Under the pieces are notes generated by a model that had not been told where the DNA came from, ran no database searches, and saw only the letters and a list, made by a program, of their open reading frames with translations. From the NCBI RefSeq assembly GCF_037042905.1, contig NC_087249.1, positions 10,108,001-10,172,000 of the forward strand: 64,000 bases of DNA, written 5' to 3'. Below are positions 37,801-49,586 of the stretch, one piece after another. This stretch comes from Lytechinus pictus (lineage: Eukaryota). The translations under genes and the position numbers were made by a program. Numbering within the stretch: position 1 is the stretch's first letter; each line of letters opens with the position of its first letter.

Positions 37801-40800
37801 TCAAATGGGCCTCCGGGGTTAGTTGGAACAAAATTGAAGGGGCTAGTTGGAACATGTTCCAACTTACCCCAAACATAATTCTGAATGAAAACATTGGATA
37901 TGAGAAAAATTTGAGGCCAAATTTGCGATGCCTGTGTGCGCGATTTCGAAATTACGCAACAAATTGTATGTGCATGTTCAGACCCAAAATTGTTCAAAAA
38001 CGTGATTCCATGTACAAGGTCAATGCAAATTGTGTTTTTCAACCAAAAGTCATAAATGTATGATTATTTTTTTACTTTTGCTGGTTCAAATAGATTCATT
38101 TTATGCTATTTATGATCGCAAAAGACTCCTGACAAAGTCCATGGGAAAAAACAAAGTTCAAAAAAACAAAAATACAAATAAAAAACAAAAAATACATAAG
38201 AAATTATATTTTTTGTATTTTTTTGTGGATATTTGTTATAAATGTGAAAATTGATACTCTCACCAAAAATTAGCATTCTACTAGCTTTATAAATAGAGTT
38301 AAAGGCAAAAACATAAAAAAAAAAAATCAGGAAAATTTTATATGCTTATTTGCATAATTAATCATTAAAAAAAATATAAACAATCAATTTTTGTCTTAAA
38401 AATTTGATGCAGAAGTACATGAAATTGCTGACAGTACACTTAATTGCATGTAAACTCAAACGCACCCAAATATGCGGAATTCTACTACACAGTCTGCTTG
38501 CGTGAGTGGCTGTATAATAGAAAACATAAAGTTCAACGAATCCACACTTTAATATTTTGAACTTGAATAAGATAAAGCAAATAGGCTAAAACCATGTAAA
38601 ATTACAGTTCTAAGTAGTTTTAGTATAATTCTTAATTGACCATGCAGTGTTCCAACTTACCCCATACCATGTTCCAACTTACCCCGATATGGGGGTAAGT
38701 TGGAACGTTTGCGATGGTCTTGTTCAAGGTGGATTTTTTCAGTAAGCATAATAGAGTTAACAATTTTATGGGGTACATTTGAAGCCCCGAGATATATGCT
38801 TCAAGCTGATATATTGATTGTTTCTCGAATAAAATCTATTTGGATTTTACAGCCATTTTTGTCAAAAATGTTCCAACTAACCCCGGTCTCCCCTACCTTG
38901 TAGTTTTATTTCTTTTTTTTAATGATTTTTATCTTGAACATCATGACAAAATAAATGGTAAATATGCTCTTTAATTAATTTCCTAGTCTCATATATTTTG
39001 GAGGGGACTAGGACACACAATAAAAAAAGGGGAAATCACTGAAAATAACCAGAGAAAAAACAATTAAGAGAGGGGGAGAGAATGAAAGAAAAAAAAGTAA
39101 GAAGAAAGACAGAAAGGACGAAGAAATAAAGGAAGGAAGAAAGAAAAAAAAAGAAATAAAGAAAGAAAGAGAGAGAGAGAATGGCTGCGGGGAAGAGAAA
39201 GATGGAAAGAAAGGAAGAAAGAAGGGAAAGGAGGATGGAAAGAAAAAAGAAAGAAAAAAATAGAAATAAAATGAAAGGAAAGAAGGAAGAAAGAAAAGGT
39301 ATAAGGATAGATGGAAGGAAGGAAAAAAAGAAAAGAAAGATACAACGAAAGACAGAAAGAAATGAAGGAAGGAATGAAGGAAAGAGATGAAGGAAGGAAG
39401 AAAGAAATAATAAGGAAGAAAAGAAAAGATGGATGGAAAAAAGAAAGGGCCCCTTGGTAGAGCAGTTTTGTAACTGAAAGGGCAACCCTGCTGTAATAAA
39501 ACGGAAATAAATAAAATAAAAGAAGGAAAGAAAGGAAGGAAGGAGAAAGAAAGAATGAAAGACAAAAAGAAAGGAAGGAAAGAAATAAAGAAAGAAAAGA
39601 AAGAATGAAAGGGATGAAGAAAGTAAGAAAGAAAAAAAAGACAGGAAGAAAAGGTAAAGAATGGATGGACGGAAGGAAGACAGTAAGAAAGAATGAAAGG
39701 AAGGGGAAAAAGAAGGAAGGATTAAAGAAAGAGGTAAACAAAGGTTGGATGGAAGAAAGAAAGAAAAAAAGATAGAAAGAAAAGAATGACAAAAAGAAAG
39801 ACAGCTATAGTAACAGAAAAAATGAACAAAAGGAAGGAAATTTAAAGAAATAAAGAGAGATTCAAAAGAAGGAAAGATAGGCAGAGAGAAAGAAAATAGA
39901 GAGGAAGAAAGCTCAAACTATCCAGTCATAAATAAAGAAGAAAATTTATCAATTTCCTTGGCTAAAAAAATAGTTACGAAAGAAACCACGTTTATCAACA
40001 TACACACAAATGCATATGTGGGACTGTCAAACAATGTAATTCAGTGTGTGCGATACAGACGATCATTCGAAACCCGATCTTTTTTAAGCATAACAGAAGT
40101 GAAAATTTCTCCTTTTACTGCTTACAAATGACAGAGCTACCCCAATGTTTAGGAAATATGGACATTACAAGAATTTTCATTGGTAATTTTGGTAAGAAAT
40201 GTGAATTTTGACAGTTCTTTCCAGAGCAAACTTCGTTCGTGCAGCACCGTACACCGTAGAAACTTAACTACATGCACCGGCTGCGTGGACTAGGCGCTAG
40301 CTAGCTAGGTATGCTAGACTGCCATTGATTCTGTGTGTGTGTGTGTGTGTGTGTGTACGTCTCTGAGCTGTGTGTTTATTGCAGAAAATGGCGCAAATTT
40401 TGCAATTCAAATTATAAACTTTTTTGAAAGAAGAAATTAATGATATTGCTTTTTTTTGGTCTCTTTTTCTTTTCTATATTTTGATGATGAAATATGGGGA
40501 ATCTTTCTAAAATATAATTTCCATAGGAGAATTTTGCTTGCCCGATTCGGGCAAGCAGTTTTTGTCTTTGCTTCAAAACACTTGCCCGACTCTAACTTTT
40601 ACTTGCCCCGGGCAATCGGGCAAGCGCTTATGTCGCACCCTGTTATATATTATCATGGTTTGAGCAGTTTTTTAAGTGAAGTAAAACAGAGAAAATTGGA
40701 GCCATGCATACATACAGAATGGTTAATATTTCAAGGATTTGCCAAATGAAAATACACAACATAAAATATTCTATGCATTGATTATCAGACAGTCTATCAG

Positions 40801-42929
40801 TGTTAGATTCACCATAGGCCTAATACAGATGTTGACATTTATAGATCATATATTGCAACAAGTGGAATGCCTCTGGCTGTCTCACCTGCATCACGCGATT
40901 CAATATAGCAGCAGTGCTGATTTTGAAAACTACTATAACTCGCACAAGATGTTCAGTGATACTTGGTTACTCGTATTTCCACGTTTTATGAATTAGACCA
41001 ATACACTTATAGAGATATGATGGCAATTCAACAAATACCCCCAACGTGGCCAAAGTTCTTTGACCTTACATGACCTTTGACCTTGATCATGTGACCTGAA
41101 ACTCGCACAGGATGTTCAGTGATACTTGATTACTCTTATGTCCAAGTTTTATGAACTAGACCAACACACTTTCAAATTTATGGCTGTAATTCAACAAATA
41201 CCCCAATTTGGCCAAAGTTCATTGACCCTAAATGACCTTTGACCTTGATCATGTGACCTGAAACTTGCACAGGATGTTCAGTAATACTTGATTACTATTA
41301 TGTCCAAGTTTCATGAATCAGATCCATAAACTTTCAAAGTTATGATGGTAATTCAACAGATACCCCCAATTCGGCCAAAGTTCATTGACCCTAAATGACC
41401 TTTGACCTTGGTCATGTGTCGTGAAACTCATGCAGGATGTTCAGTGATACTTGATTAACCTTATGTATAAGTTTCATGAACTAGGTCCATATATTTTCTA
41501 ATTTATGATGACATTTCAAAAACTTAACCTTAGGTTAAGATTTTGATGTTGATTCCCCCAACATGGTCTAAGTTCATTGACCCTAAATGACCTTTGACCT
41601 TGGTCATGTGACATGAAACTCAGGCAGGATGTTCAGTAATACTTGATTAACCTTATGGCCAAGTTTCATCAACTAGGTCCATATACTTTCTAAGTTATGC
41701 TGTCATTTCAAAAACTTAACCTCAGGTTAAGATTTGGTGTTGACGCCGCCGCCGCCGCCGTCGCCGTCGCCGTCGGAAAAGCGGCGCCTATAGTCTCACT
41801 CTGCTATGCAGGTGAGACAAAAACCTTTCAATATTTTTCATCATCTTTCTCTAATGACACATGTCCATTACCTTTTTAACAGGAGTGGTTGTCTTTTCCT
41901 GGGATTTAAAAAAAAAAAAAAAAAAATCTGACATTTTACTAGTATCCCTGCCACATAAGTGTAGCCAATGGGTGATTTCAAGTCCTATGTTGGCATTGGT
42001 GTTGGTGTTGAAATTCGGATTGCTTCCCCTAGCTCCAAAACTTATTCAGATTTTGTCAAACTGATCCAGATCACATTATTGACTTCTCAACAACTAGTGA
42101 GTGACTTTTCGGGACCATCTTCATGTTATGTTTGGTGTTATAATCATGTTGAAATTGACCTAACACCAACACCAAAAGGTCAACACCAAACTTGAAATCA
42201 CCCAATGTGGGTCAGCAGACTGAAACTTTGGGTCTTATTACCTTTGTACAAAGTGGCATGCCACAATCTTCAATCTCATCGGTATCAGGGTCACTTTGTA
42301 TACCGGTGTGCTCTTCCGAGTGGTTGCGATTGCAGCTATTATGCCTTCAAAGATATAATCAGAAAGGAAAAAAAAACATCAAAACCCCACAAAACCAATT
42401 TACATTAAAATTGAGGGCAGAAAAAAAATTGCATCCCTACTTGTATCTCTCCCCTATGAATTTACAAGTTTAGTTAAAAAGAAAATGGGAAAGAGGGGGG
42501 GGGGGGACAAAAAAAAAGGAGAATGAAAAAAGAGATGATTAGGTCCTGAAACTCTATAATATCCCCAACTGACAAAAAATGATTATTTATAACACCTTTA
42601 TGTTATCTTGCACCCCTATTATAAAACTTTGTATGTAGGCCTGTTCAAAATACCTTACTATCTGAACAGTAATTTTACAACTATTTTTTTCTAAAACAAT
42701 TACTGTAACTGCTAACTCTTTTGTGATTCTTATATCCCATATAAATTCATGCCTACTGCATGAATTTATCAATAATAAGTCCTCCTGACTGAGATTCAGA
42801 AGTATTACATTAACTGTCTACATAACAAAATAATTATCAACAGAATCTGTACAGATTATTGGAGCATAGAAACAAGAAATGAAAATCTTACCTTCGAATC
42901 ATGTTCTTTCCAAACTGCAGAGCATTCAT
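30028..42929 (-). CDS. RGS9BP: RGS9-binding protein (R9AP)-like tail-anchored membrane protein of the RGS7BP/RGS9BP family, 7 coding exons, 281 aa
   Basis: Exons 42929-42892, 42344-42242, 36955-36789, 34386-34256, 33540-33405, 31738-31591, 30150-30028; GT-AG, phases consistent, 846 nt. Protein: CTKLVKEFNIETARYHDLTLTLGGSSDSEYLRDELKRTRKNAFDLA...ERSEYERLWNMFSACLEVFEGHMRKSLELVKSFPIHA...VLINTGV...EMHRRVDIKPWTIQ...C-terminal TM CAFLVSVALITLVAFAAILIICLVLL. This parallels vertebrate R9AP motifs as I recall them (YHHLVLTVGGSADS, EFERLW, VNVPRWTVQ, C-terminal TM). Confidence 0.85.
30310..30574 (-). mobile_element. tRNA-derived SINE, copy 3
   Basis: Same head, core and GCGCTATA tail as copy 1. Confidence 0.85.
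30863..31455. mobile_element. Diverged HINE-like copy with a nested ~180 bp insertion (31265-31443)
   Basis: Same ACAAGTGGAA start and CTCTGCTATGCA end; insertion flanked by a TGCAAGCA duplication. Confidence 0.6.
31591..31738 (-). CDS. RGS9BP: RGS9BP-like exon (DILELRNLMSEMHRRVDIKPWTIQ...STGF)
   Basis: Within ORF 31558..31803; ccccag acceptor, gtaagt donor, 148 nt. Confidence 0.9.
31803..31958. repeat. (ATT/ATC)n microsatellite
   Basis: Trinucleotide tract in an RGS9BP-like intron. Confidence 0.95.
32157..32814 (-). mobile_element. Penelope-like retroelement 3' fragment with inverted terminal module and 14 bp flanking direct repeat
   Basis: Peptide NFNRDSGIDIPDFWMRTIR resembles the NRDxG...W end of the PLE GIY-YIG endonuclease. 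ataacttatgtcat occurs at 32143-32156 and 32815-32828. The ~75 bp ending at 32814 is inverted relative to ~32193-32267. Confidence 0.7.
32331..32371 (-). ncRNA. Minimal type I hammerhead ribozyme (U3-A8 variant) of the Penelope-like element
   Basis: Minus strand TCAC TTGATAA A GAGT TGCAGCGGC ACTC GAAA GC TC GTGA: stem I TCAC/GTGA, stem II GAGT/ACTC, GAAA core, palindromic AGCT in place of stem III. Confidence 0.65.
33405..33540 (-). CDS. RGS9BP: RGS9BP-like exon (GNKVLINTGVMEP...TRLLER)
   Basis: accag acceptor, gtaatg donor, 136 nt. Confidence 0.85.
34256..34386 (-). CDS. RGS9BP: RGS9BP-like exon (KFDFKAERSEYERLW...FPIHA)
   Basis: tttctag acceptor, gtgggc donor, 131 nt. Confidence 0.88.
34545..35455. 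mobile_element. Second HINE-like family with ~150 bp tandem units
   Basis: Subterminal IR TGTATCCCCC / GGGGGATACA; three units of GACCTTCATGCCACATTTGAAGATGATCGGAGAAGAAATGC; (CGG)n. Confidence 0.6.
35470..35749 (-). mobile_element. tRNA-derived SINE, copy 4
   Basis: Same head and core; tail variant similar to copy 2. Confidence 0.85.
36340..36753. repeat. Palindromic repeat built of short CCAA(T)TGG/TAGAC units, probably a non-autonomous element
   Basis: Left half is an imperfect reverse complement of the right half. Confidence 0.55.
36789..36955 (-). CDS. RGS9BP: RGS9BP-like exon (LVKEFNIETARYHDLTLTLGGSSDSE...LLPHLK)
   Basis: ttctag acceptor, gtaagt donor, 167 nt. Confidence 0.9.
37448..38893. 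mobile_element. TA-TSD non-autonomous DNA transposon, copy 2 (extra ~150 bp internal segment)
   Basis: Same TIRs, near-identical to 27436-28744. Confidence 0.85.
39010..39940 (+). repeat. Polypurine (GAAA/GGAA) low-complexity tract
   Basis: Nearly all A/G on the plus strand; source of the spurious F/S/L-rich ORFs. Confidence 0.9.
40858..41819. mobile_element. HINE/DINE-1-like element, copy 2 (one extra tandem unit)
   Basis: Near-identical to 14637-15421. Confidence 0.7.
42242..42344 (-). CDS. RGS9BP: RGS9BP-like exon (HNSCNRNHSEE...GMPLCTK)
   Basis: Pyrimidine tract and aag acceptor, gtaata donor, 103 nt. Confidence 0.75.
42892..42929 (-). CDS. RGS9BP: RGS9BP-like first coding exon (MNALQFGKNMIR); exon probably extends as 5'UTR to the acceptor at 43074
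   Basis: In-frame TAG 11 codons upstream of the ATG; gtaaga donor; phase 2 matches the next exon. Confidence 0.65.
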
Positions 42930-43383
42930 GCCAATGGAATGGATATGATAGTTGACAACCTATTTGATTCTCTTCTTCAAGTGTTGCCTTTTCTCTACTG
43001 AACCCAAGATAAATATCAACTGGCAAGCCTTGAATTATCCTTGAATCTTGCACAAGCTTGATGGTGGAATATAACTGAAAATGATAATTACAAAACAATA
43101 AAGTGATGTCCAACATATATAAATGGTAAGTTTAAGAGCACGACTCCACACTAACTTTTTTTCTTGGTGGCCCGATCGGTTCACCAAAATCATTGATTAG
43201 TGGCTTGCAAAGCAAATCTAGTGGCCCAAACACAATAGAAAACATTACAATTTATCAAAACTTTGGTAGCCCAACAGGGCCACCAAGTGTTGGTATTTAC
43301 AGAATTTTGGTGGCCCGACTCTCATTTTTTGTTGCCCCGGGCCACTGCTAATGTCGAGCCCTGTTAAAGAGTGTTGTATGACC

Positions 43384-43524
43384 TGGGGCCCCATTGCATA
43401 AAAGTTACTATTATGGGAACTTTGCCATCCAATAACTACCATGGTAATGCTGATCAACAGCCAATCAAAATCAAGGATTCCAAACAAGTTACCATTTATA
43501 AGGTAACTCTTGTGCAACGGGGCC
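43384..43524. mobile_element. Small MITE; inverted partial relative at ~5128-5257
   Basis: GGGGCCCCATTGCATAAAAGTTAC ... GTAACTCTTGTGCAACGGGGCC. Confidence 0.55.
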
Positions 43525-46500
43525 GTGATCATGGACAATGAATTCCAATCAGTTCACACTCACAGGCAACTTCAAATAATTTCAATTTATCGACTAAGAC
43601 TTGGGGAATGAATGTCTAAACCCAGGTCAGGAATGATCATGAAGGGGCAATTAACTAATGCCAAAGTCTGAAGAGTATAGTGAGACCACTACATATCGAC
43701 CACCTCTTTTGAAACCGACCACCTTGCGCGCATTAAAGTTATTGCGTATTACAAATGATACGTGCGGGAGAGTAGGCGCAGAGTCCATCGGAACGGTAAG
43801 AATCTATTTTACGACAAAAAATGTAAAAATTTAGTAGAATTCATCAAAATTGTATTGACCAGACCCGAACCCCGCCGAAAAACAGTTGTTCATACCAAAA
43901 AATCCGATAGGAAACGGCTTTAGAACAAATATCCGTCGTCAATTGTCGAATCATGTGCCGGAGCTCGCAGTGGAAGTAGTGAGACGATCATTTAGCGTGT
44001 TGACATCATAGAACTGATTTGGAAGAGTCAAAATATTTCGCCAACGCGACAAGAATCAGCCGTAAACTTAGTGTATCGCGGGTGGTCGGTTTCAAAAGAA
44101 GGGTGCAAGTGAGCAAATGTAAAATCGTCGCATTCGTTGTTCGCCGATATATACGCGAATAGAATCGGAGTCGTCGATCGAAATGTGGGAATCTGATCTG
44201 CTAAATTTTCTGCACAAATTAGACAAAATCTAGGTAAAAGTGATAAATATTTTCGCAGATACGATGCTTAGAAAATTAGGTGGTCCATAAGGGGTACACA
44301 ATGTAGTTCCACACATAAATGAACAAGAAATTGGGCCACACATTGAGCTCTAGATCTAGAGGCTGAAATGAGTTTGTTCAGAGAATTTTTTTCAATTTTT
44401 TTTTAAAGAGAATATTTTAAACATGCATCTCCTACAATATTATAGGGAATGATGTTCCAATAGTAGACAAAGGGAGGGTTCACAAAAATTCTGACTGAAG
44501 TGAGCACAAAACTGTTAAATCTAAATGCCTGAAATGTGAAAAAGCTTCTGCCAGGTCACTTTGCTTCCTCGCTTTATTATGTTCCATCACTCGACAACAG
44601 TTTGAACACCCACCCCTCCACACACACACACACTAAAAAGTCCGAACAGTAACAACACTACAGTTAGACCTAAGTTAACACTAGATCCGAGTCAGGATCT
44701 AAAGTGAGATCTATTTGTCACGTAGCTTTCAAGTAAGAATTGAAGGTGTGCCTTACTAATGTCATGACCTTCTAAAACTGAGAGTGGGCCTGGCTTCACT
44801 CCTTCAGTTTCACTCAACTTTACTGAGAAGCATGAATTAAGGTAGTCATGCAGGAATAACCGTCATTTCTGGGGATTTATTCAACAATTTCTGACATTTA
44901 ACTATGTATTGGTGAGTGGAGCCAACGCAGTTCAGCGGAACAACCAAATACAGAGACTGAGAGTCTGAAGCTTTTGGCAAAACTTGGTCTAGAATTAAAG
45001 GGGAATGAAACCTTTGGAACACGTAGGCTTGTGTCGAAACAGAAAAATCAAAGAACAAAAACAAAGGGGCAATTCCATAGGTTGGTGGACATGAGCTTAA
45101 TAATTCAAATTCAATATTTTCTTGAATTTTTAAATACTTTAAGTCCTTCATACATGATAGTTTCAGGAACAAAAAATAAAAAGTTTATTTTCATTTGTAT
45201 ACTTTGGAAAAAAATGGTCAAAAAATGTGTCTTCCATTCTGTACCAAAATACAAGAAAAATAGTGAAAAATGAAATATGCCTTATTACCATTTTGCTATT
45301 GCAACATCAAACCACTTTATATATTTCTGAAGTTTAGAAGAGTCAAATTACTTAAAATACACAACAGCTTTTCAAGTAAATTTGTAGTACTCATTCAAAA
45401 ATAAATATTGCAGCCTGCTCAGGTAATGTAACGTGAGTAACCAAAAAACTGACTTTGTTTTCTGAGAGAAAAATTCTTCACAGTTAATTGTTGGGATTTT
45501 TAATTCTCTTCCTTCAAACAATCTTTGACATGGTGATGACTATCAAAATCATTAAAAAATACAAATTTTTATAAAAATGATGAAAAAAAATGTAACGTGA
45601 GTAACTTTTTAACATGAGTAACCAACATGTATCGCAACCATTACAAATTATGAAGTTAGGTAACATTTTCTGTGGAATGTCAAGTTTTAAGTCTCATGGT
45701 GAGAAGTTATTTTTGATAAATTAAAAGCAAAATGAGGGTACACCTCTTTGATGTGACTCTTTTTTCATCAAAATATCAGTGGTCATACAATCACACACAA
45801 AATTAAATACTTGTAGAAGTATTCACAATGCGAGAGTGCATTAGTAAGACTCAAAGTTTCGATTAACCAAACTTTAAGGAGTGTTCGAACAATACATTGA
45901 ATGCCCTTACATGTAACCCTATCTAGGCCGGGGTATTTTGGGTGATCATATGGCCGGGGAGGGGGGGGCCTCCCAGGCCCCCCCTTGAGATCTCGGCCAT
46001 TGGCGCGCTATCGCGCCGAAAATTGGCATACAGGTTGTCTTGGACATAATCTACAAAACTATACAGTAATTTATTTCATGCAAATTGGTATTAAGCAATT
46101 ATGCTGATTTATGCATAATTAGTAAGCAAAATCATACTTTTCCCTCTTACTTCCTAAATAAAGCTCAAATTGTTCCAAATTTTGGTATAAAAACTCTTTT
46201 TGGTGTTCCTAGCAAGTGTACTTGAAAAAAGAAATTGCGATATCAGATCAATTTCTTATTTATTTTATTGTTTTTTGCATATCTTATGTATTTCCTTGTT
46301 TTTTTGACCTTTTGTTTTTCATTGTTTTTCAATTAAATTTGTTGGGGACACTTTTGAGATCATAAATGGCATATTAAAAATAAATGCATTTAGACCAGCA
46401 AAACTAAAAATAATCATACATTTATGATTTTTTAGTTGAAAACAGAATTTGCATTGACTTTGAAGAACCTGCTCTTTTTCTAATCCTGATGTGATGGTGT

Positions 46501-46644
46501 GATTGGTTGATCAGTTTCTAGCTTTTTTTTCATTTACCAGTGTTGATGTACATGTATGGCACGCTCATAGGGAAACAATTAAATATATGTTTCACTTGAA
46601 AAAAATATGTTTCTCTTCCACTAAACCATTTCACTCAAAGAAAT

Positions 46645-47025
46645 TTATATTTCACTTATCAAAAAAATATGTTTCACTTTAAGAAAAAAATATATATTTC
46701 ACTTTTCAAAAAAATATATTTCACTTTTCAAAAAAAATATATTTCACTTTTCAAAAAAATATATTTCACTTTTCAAAAAAATATATTTCACTTTTCAAAA
46801 AAAAATTATTTCACTTTTCAAAAAAATATATTTCACTTTTCAAAAAATAATATATTTCACTTTTCAAAAAAATATATTTCACTTTTCAAAAAATATATAT
46901 TTCACTTTTCAAAAAATATATTTCACTTTTCAAAAAAAATATATTTCACTTTTCAAAAAAATATATTTCACTTTTCAAAAAAAATATATTTCACTTTTGA
47001 AAAAAATATATTTCACTTTTCAACA
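46645..47025 (+). repeat. ~20-22 bp minisatellite (ATATATTTCACTTTTCAAAAAA)n, left arm of the foldback
   Basis: Direct tandem units with variable A-run; mirrored at ~52905-53280. Confidence 0.9.
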
Positions 47026-47725
47026 ATTTTTTTTTAATTTTGAGAGAAAACAAATCCTTTCACTTTTGTTGGATAACACATGCGGCTGCCGTATTCGACC
47101 GTACGTAGAATTCATCTATCTACCTACATGATATATCTATCTATCTATCTATCACTCTGCCTAATATATATCTATCTGTTTAAATATGTCTATCTATCCA
47201 TCTATCTGTCTGTCTGTTTATCTATCTATCTCTCAAACTATTTATTTTTCTATCTATCTGTCTAATAATTATCTGATTAAATATGTCTGTCTATCTATCT
47301 ACGAATCTATCTATCTGTCTGTCTGTCTCTTTATCTATATATCTATCTAATATTTTTTAATATGTCTGTATATCTGTTTATTTATCAATCAATCAATCTA
47401 TCTATCTATCTATCTTATGATTTATCTGTCTTTTTATCTATCTGCCTATTTATCTTTATCTATCTATATTATGTCTATCTGTTCAAAATATGTATGTCTA
47501 TCTGTATGTCTACCTTTCATCTTTCAATCTAATATCTATTGATCTGTTCAAATAATCATGTCTGTTTATTTGACTGTTTATCTATTTAATATATATCTAT
47601 TAAATATGTTTAATATGTTATTCTATCTGTCTATCTATCAATAAATATATCGATCTATTTTCTCTCTATCTATACATCTATTTATCTATCTGTGTATGTA
47701 CCTATGTATCTATCTGTCTCTGAAT

Positions 47726-49586
47726 CAGGGGCGGAAATCTCTCCCAAAAGGTAGGGGGGACACAGGGGCGGATCCAGCCTTCGCCAATAGGGGGGGGGGC
47801 GGAAATTTGTTTCAGCCATATTTTCCCCGATCGGCAGCTCGAAGAAGATTTTTGTTTGTTTCTTTGAAGGGGCAGTCCTCCTTAGTCACTTCTTAGCTTT
47901 ATTCTTATAAATTAATATATAGTATCATAATCCTTATTTATATGATGCGAGCGCGAAGCGCGAGCTAATTTTTTGGAAATTTTATGTATTTTTTCCTTAA
48001 ATTTGAACATTCTGGGCAATGTTTGTTATCCTGAAAAAGATGTGTATGCAACTTAATAATTACTACAAGCGCAAAGCGCGAGCAGAAATAAACTGATGGA
48101 AAAGATACCTGTTAAAGTAGCATTTAACAATCAAATAATGCGAGCGAAGCGCGAGCTAATTTTTTTGTGACATTTTCACCTAAAGAATTGAAACTCAAGC
48201 AGAATAGGTATATAAGTAAACAATTGATGCGAGCGCGAGCGTAAAATTTCGAGATTTAGTCCTATAATATTTACTGAACGAGACACTCTACTCATGTTTT
48301 GTAAATCATGAAAAGGATGAGTATTAATAATGCGAGCGCAAAGCGCGAGCAGAAAATTTTTATATACGTTTTGAACTGGTACCTGTTGAAAAGGTAACTG
48401 TTAAGGACTGCTTGCACTTAGCCATGAAGGCGTTACATATTTCAACAATCAAAAAATGCGAGCACGAAGCGCAAGCTGAAAATTTTTGAACTTTCTAAAG
48501 AAAGAATGGAAAATTTTAATCAGTTTTTGTAATCGTGAAAAGGATATAGCTATATAATTTAATAATTGAAGCGAGCTCGAAGCGCGAGCAGAAAAAAAAC
48601 GAGATTTAGACCTAAAAATGGGCCACTCTGTTCATGATGTACAAAAGGATGAGTAATATTGGGTCTTCCCACATTAATAATGCGAGCACAAAGCGCGAGC
48701 AGAAATATTTTGATATTGTGATCTGAAACTGGATAATGATTTAAATAGAGAACAAGTTGAGTATCTGAATAAACATGCGCGCGCGTGTTTCATAAATTAT
48801 TTAGACCTAGAATCTAAACATTCTATAAACATGTACATCTTTAATCATGTAAATCATAAAACTTTGATACTCCGATCTGAAAAAAGAGTCAATTTCAGCT
48901 TTATATTTCAAACACTTTGTAGAAAAATTGTAAGGCAAGCAGCAAATGTTAATATTCAGACCATAAAACTGACATTTTTACAGAGCACTTTTTAAAAATC
49001 AATTTGTAAATCACACAAAATAATGAAAGTTCGATTTCAAAGGTGAAATATGTTTTGTATATTGACTTCCAAACTTGACATTCGAGCTCCATATTGAACA
49101 AGATATGTAAATCACCTAACAGGCAATGCGAGCGCGAAGCGAGAGCTAAAATGTTATATATAGTGGCACGAAAGATTCTTTTTATTTTCCAAGTCTTCCC
49201 CTCATCTTGTTTTATGCACTCGTCGTCCTCTTCATTTTCTCCTCTCTTTTCCCTCTTTTATTCCTTCTTTCTTTCCGTTTTTTTTTTCTTTTTTTTTGCT
49301 CCGCCAAGAGGGGGAGGGGGGGCGGGCCCCTCGGCCCCCTGGTCTTCCTACGGGGACAAGGGGCGGGAACATTTGACAAGCAAAAAAAAAGGTTATCCCA
49401 AAAGTAAGGTCATCTTGTCCCAACTCGTCCCCAAATACATGTTTTATTTCGATTTAGAATGATGTATTTCTTACCATCATAAAAGACCAAAAATAGTAGG
49501 GGGATCGACATTTGATATTGTGTCCCCCCTACTATTTTGAGTAGGGGGGACACGTCCCCCTGTCCCCCCTGGGATTTCCGCCCATG
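47726..49586. mobile_element. hAT-like non-autonomous element with 8 bp TSD, containing a second hAT-like element (~47763-49350)
   Basis: TIR CAGGGGCGGAAATC / GATTTCCGCCCATG; TSD CTCTGAAT at 47718-47725 and 49587-49594; empty site visible in the opposite foldback arm (~52175-52182). The inner element begins CAGGGGCGGATCCAG and is homologous to 54301-56036. Confidence 0.85.

Larger units (their letters stand above)
37233..40642. mobile_element. hAT-like element hosting the 37448 insertion and a purine-rich tract
   Basis: TIR CAGGGTGCTACATAA / TTATGTCGCACCCTG; subterminal CTTGCCCG repeats at both ends; TSD not clean. Confidence 0.65.

Noticed and set aside
39008..39792. Long ORFs of 149-242 aa rich in F/S/L
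   Set aside because: Translation of a polypyrimidine/polypurine low-complexity tract
42856..43116. 86-aa ORF as the N-terminal coding exon of the RGS9BP-like gene
   Set aside because: That frame ends in phase 0 at the 42892 donor, whereas the next exon needs phase 2; the ATG at 42929 in another frame fits
43675..44320. CpG-richer block that could be the RGS9BP-like promoter or a MITE
   Set aside because: Terminal repeats are only weakly matched and no clear promoter or donor signal was found; cannot be assigned from sequence alone
46645..47025. Regular ~21 bp repeat array resembling a CRISPR array (also 52905-53280)
   Set aside because: No unique spacers and no cas genes; eukaryotic context; it is a minisatellite inside transposon arms
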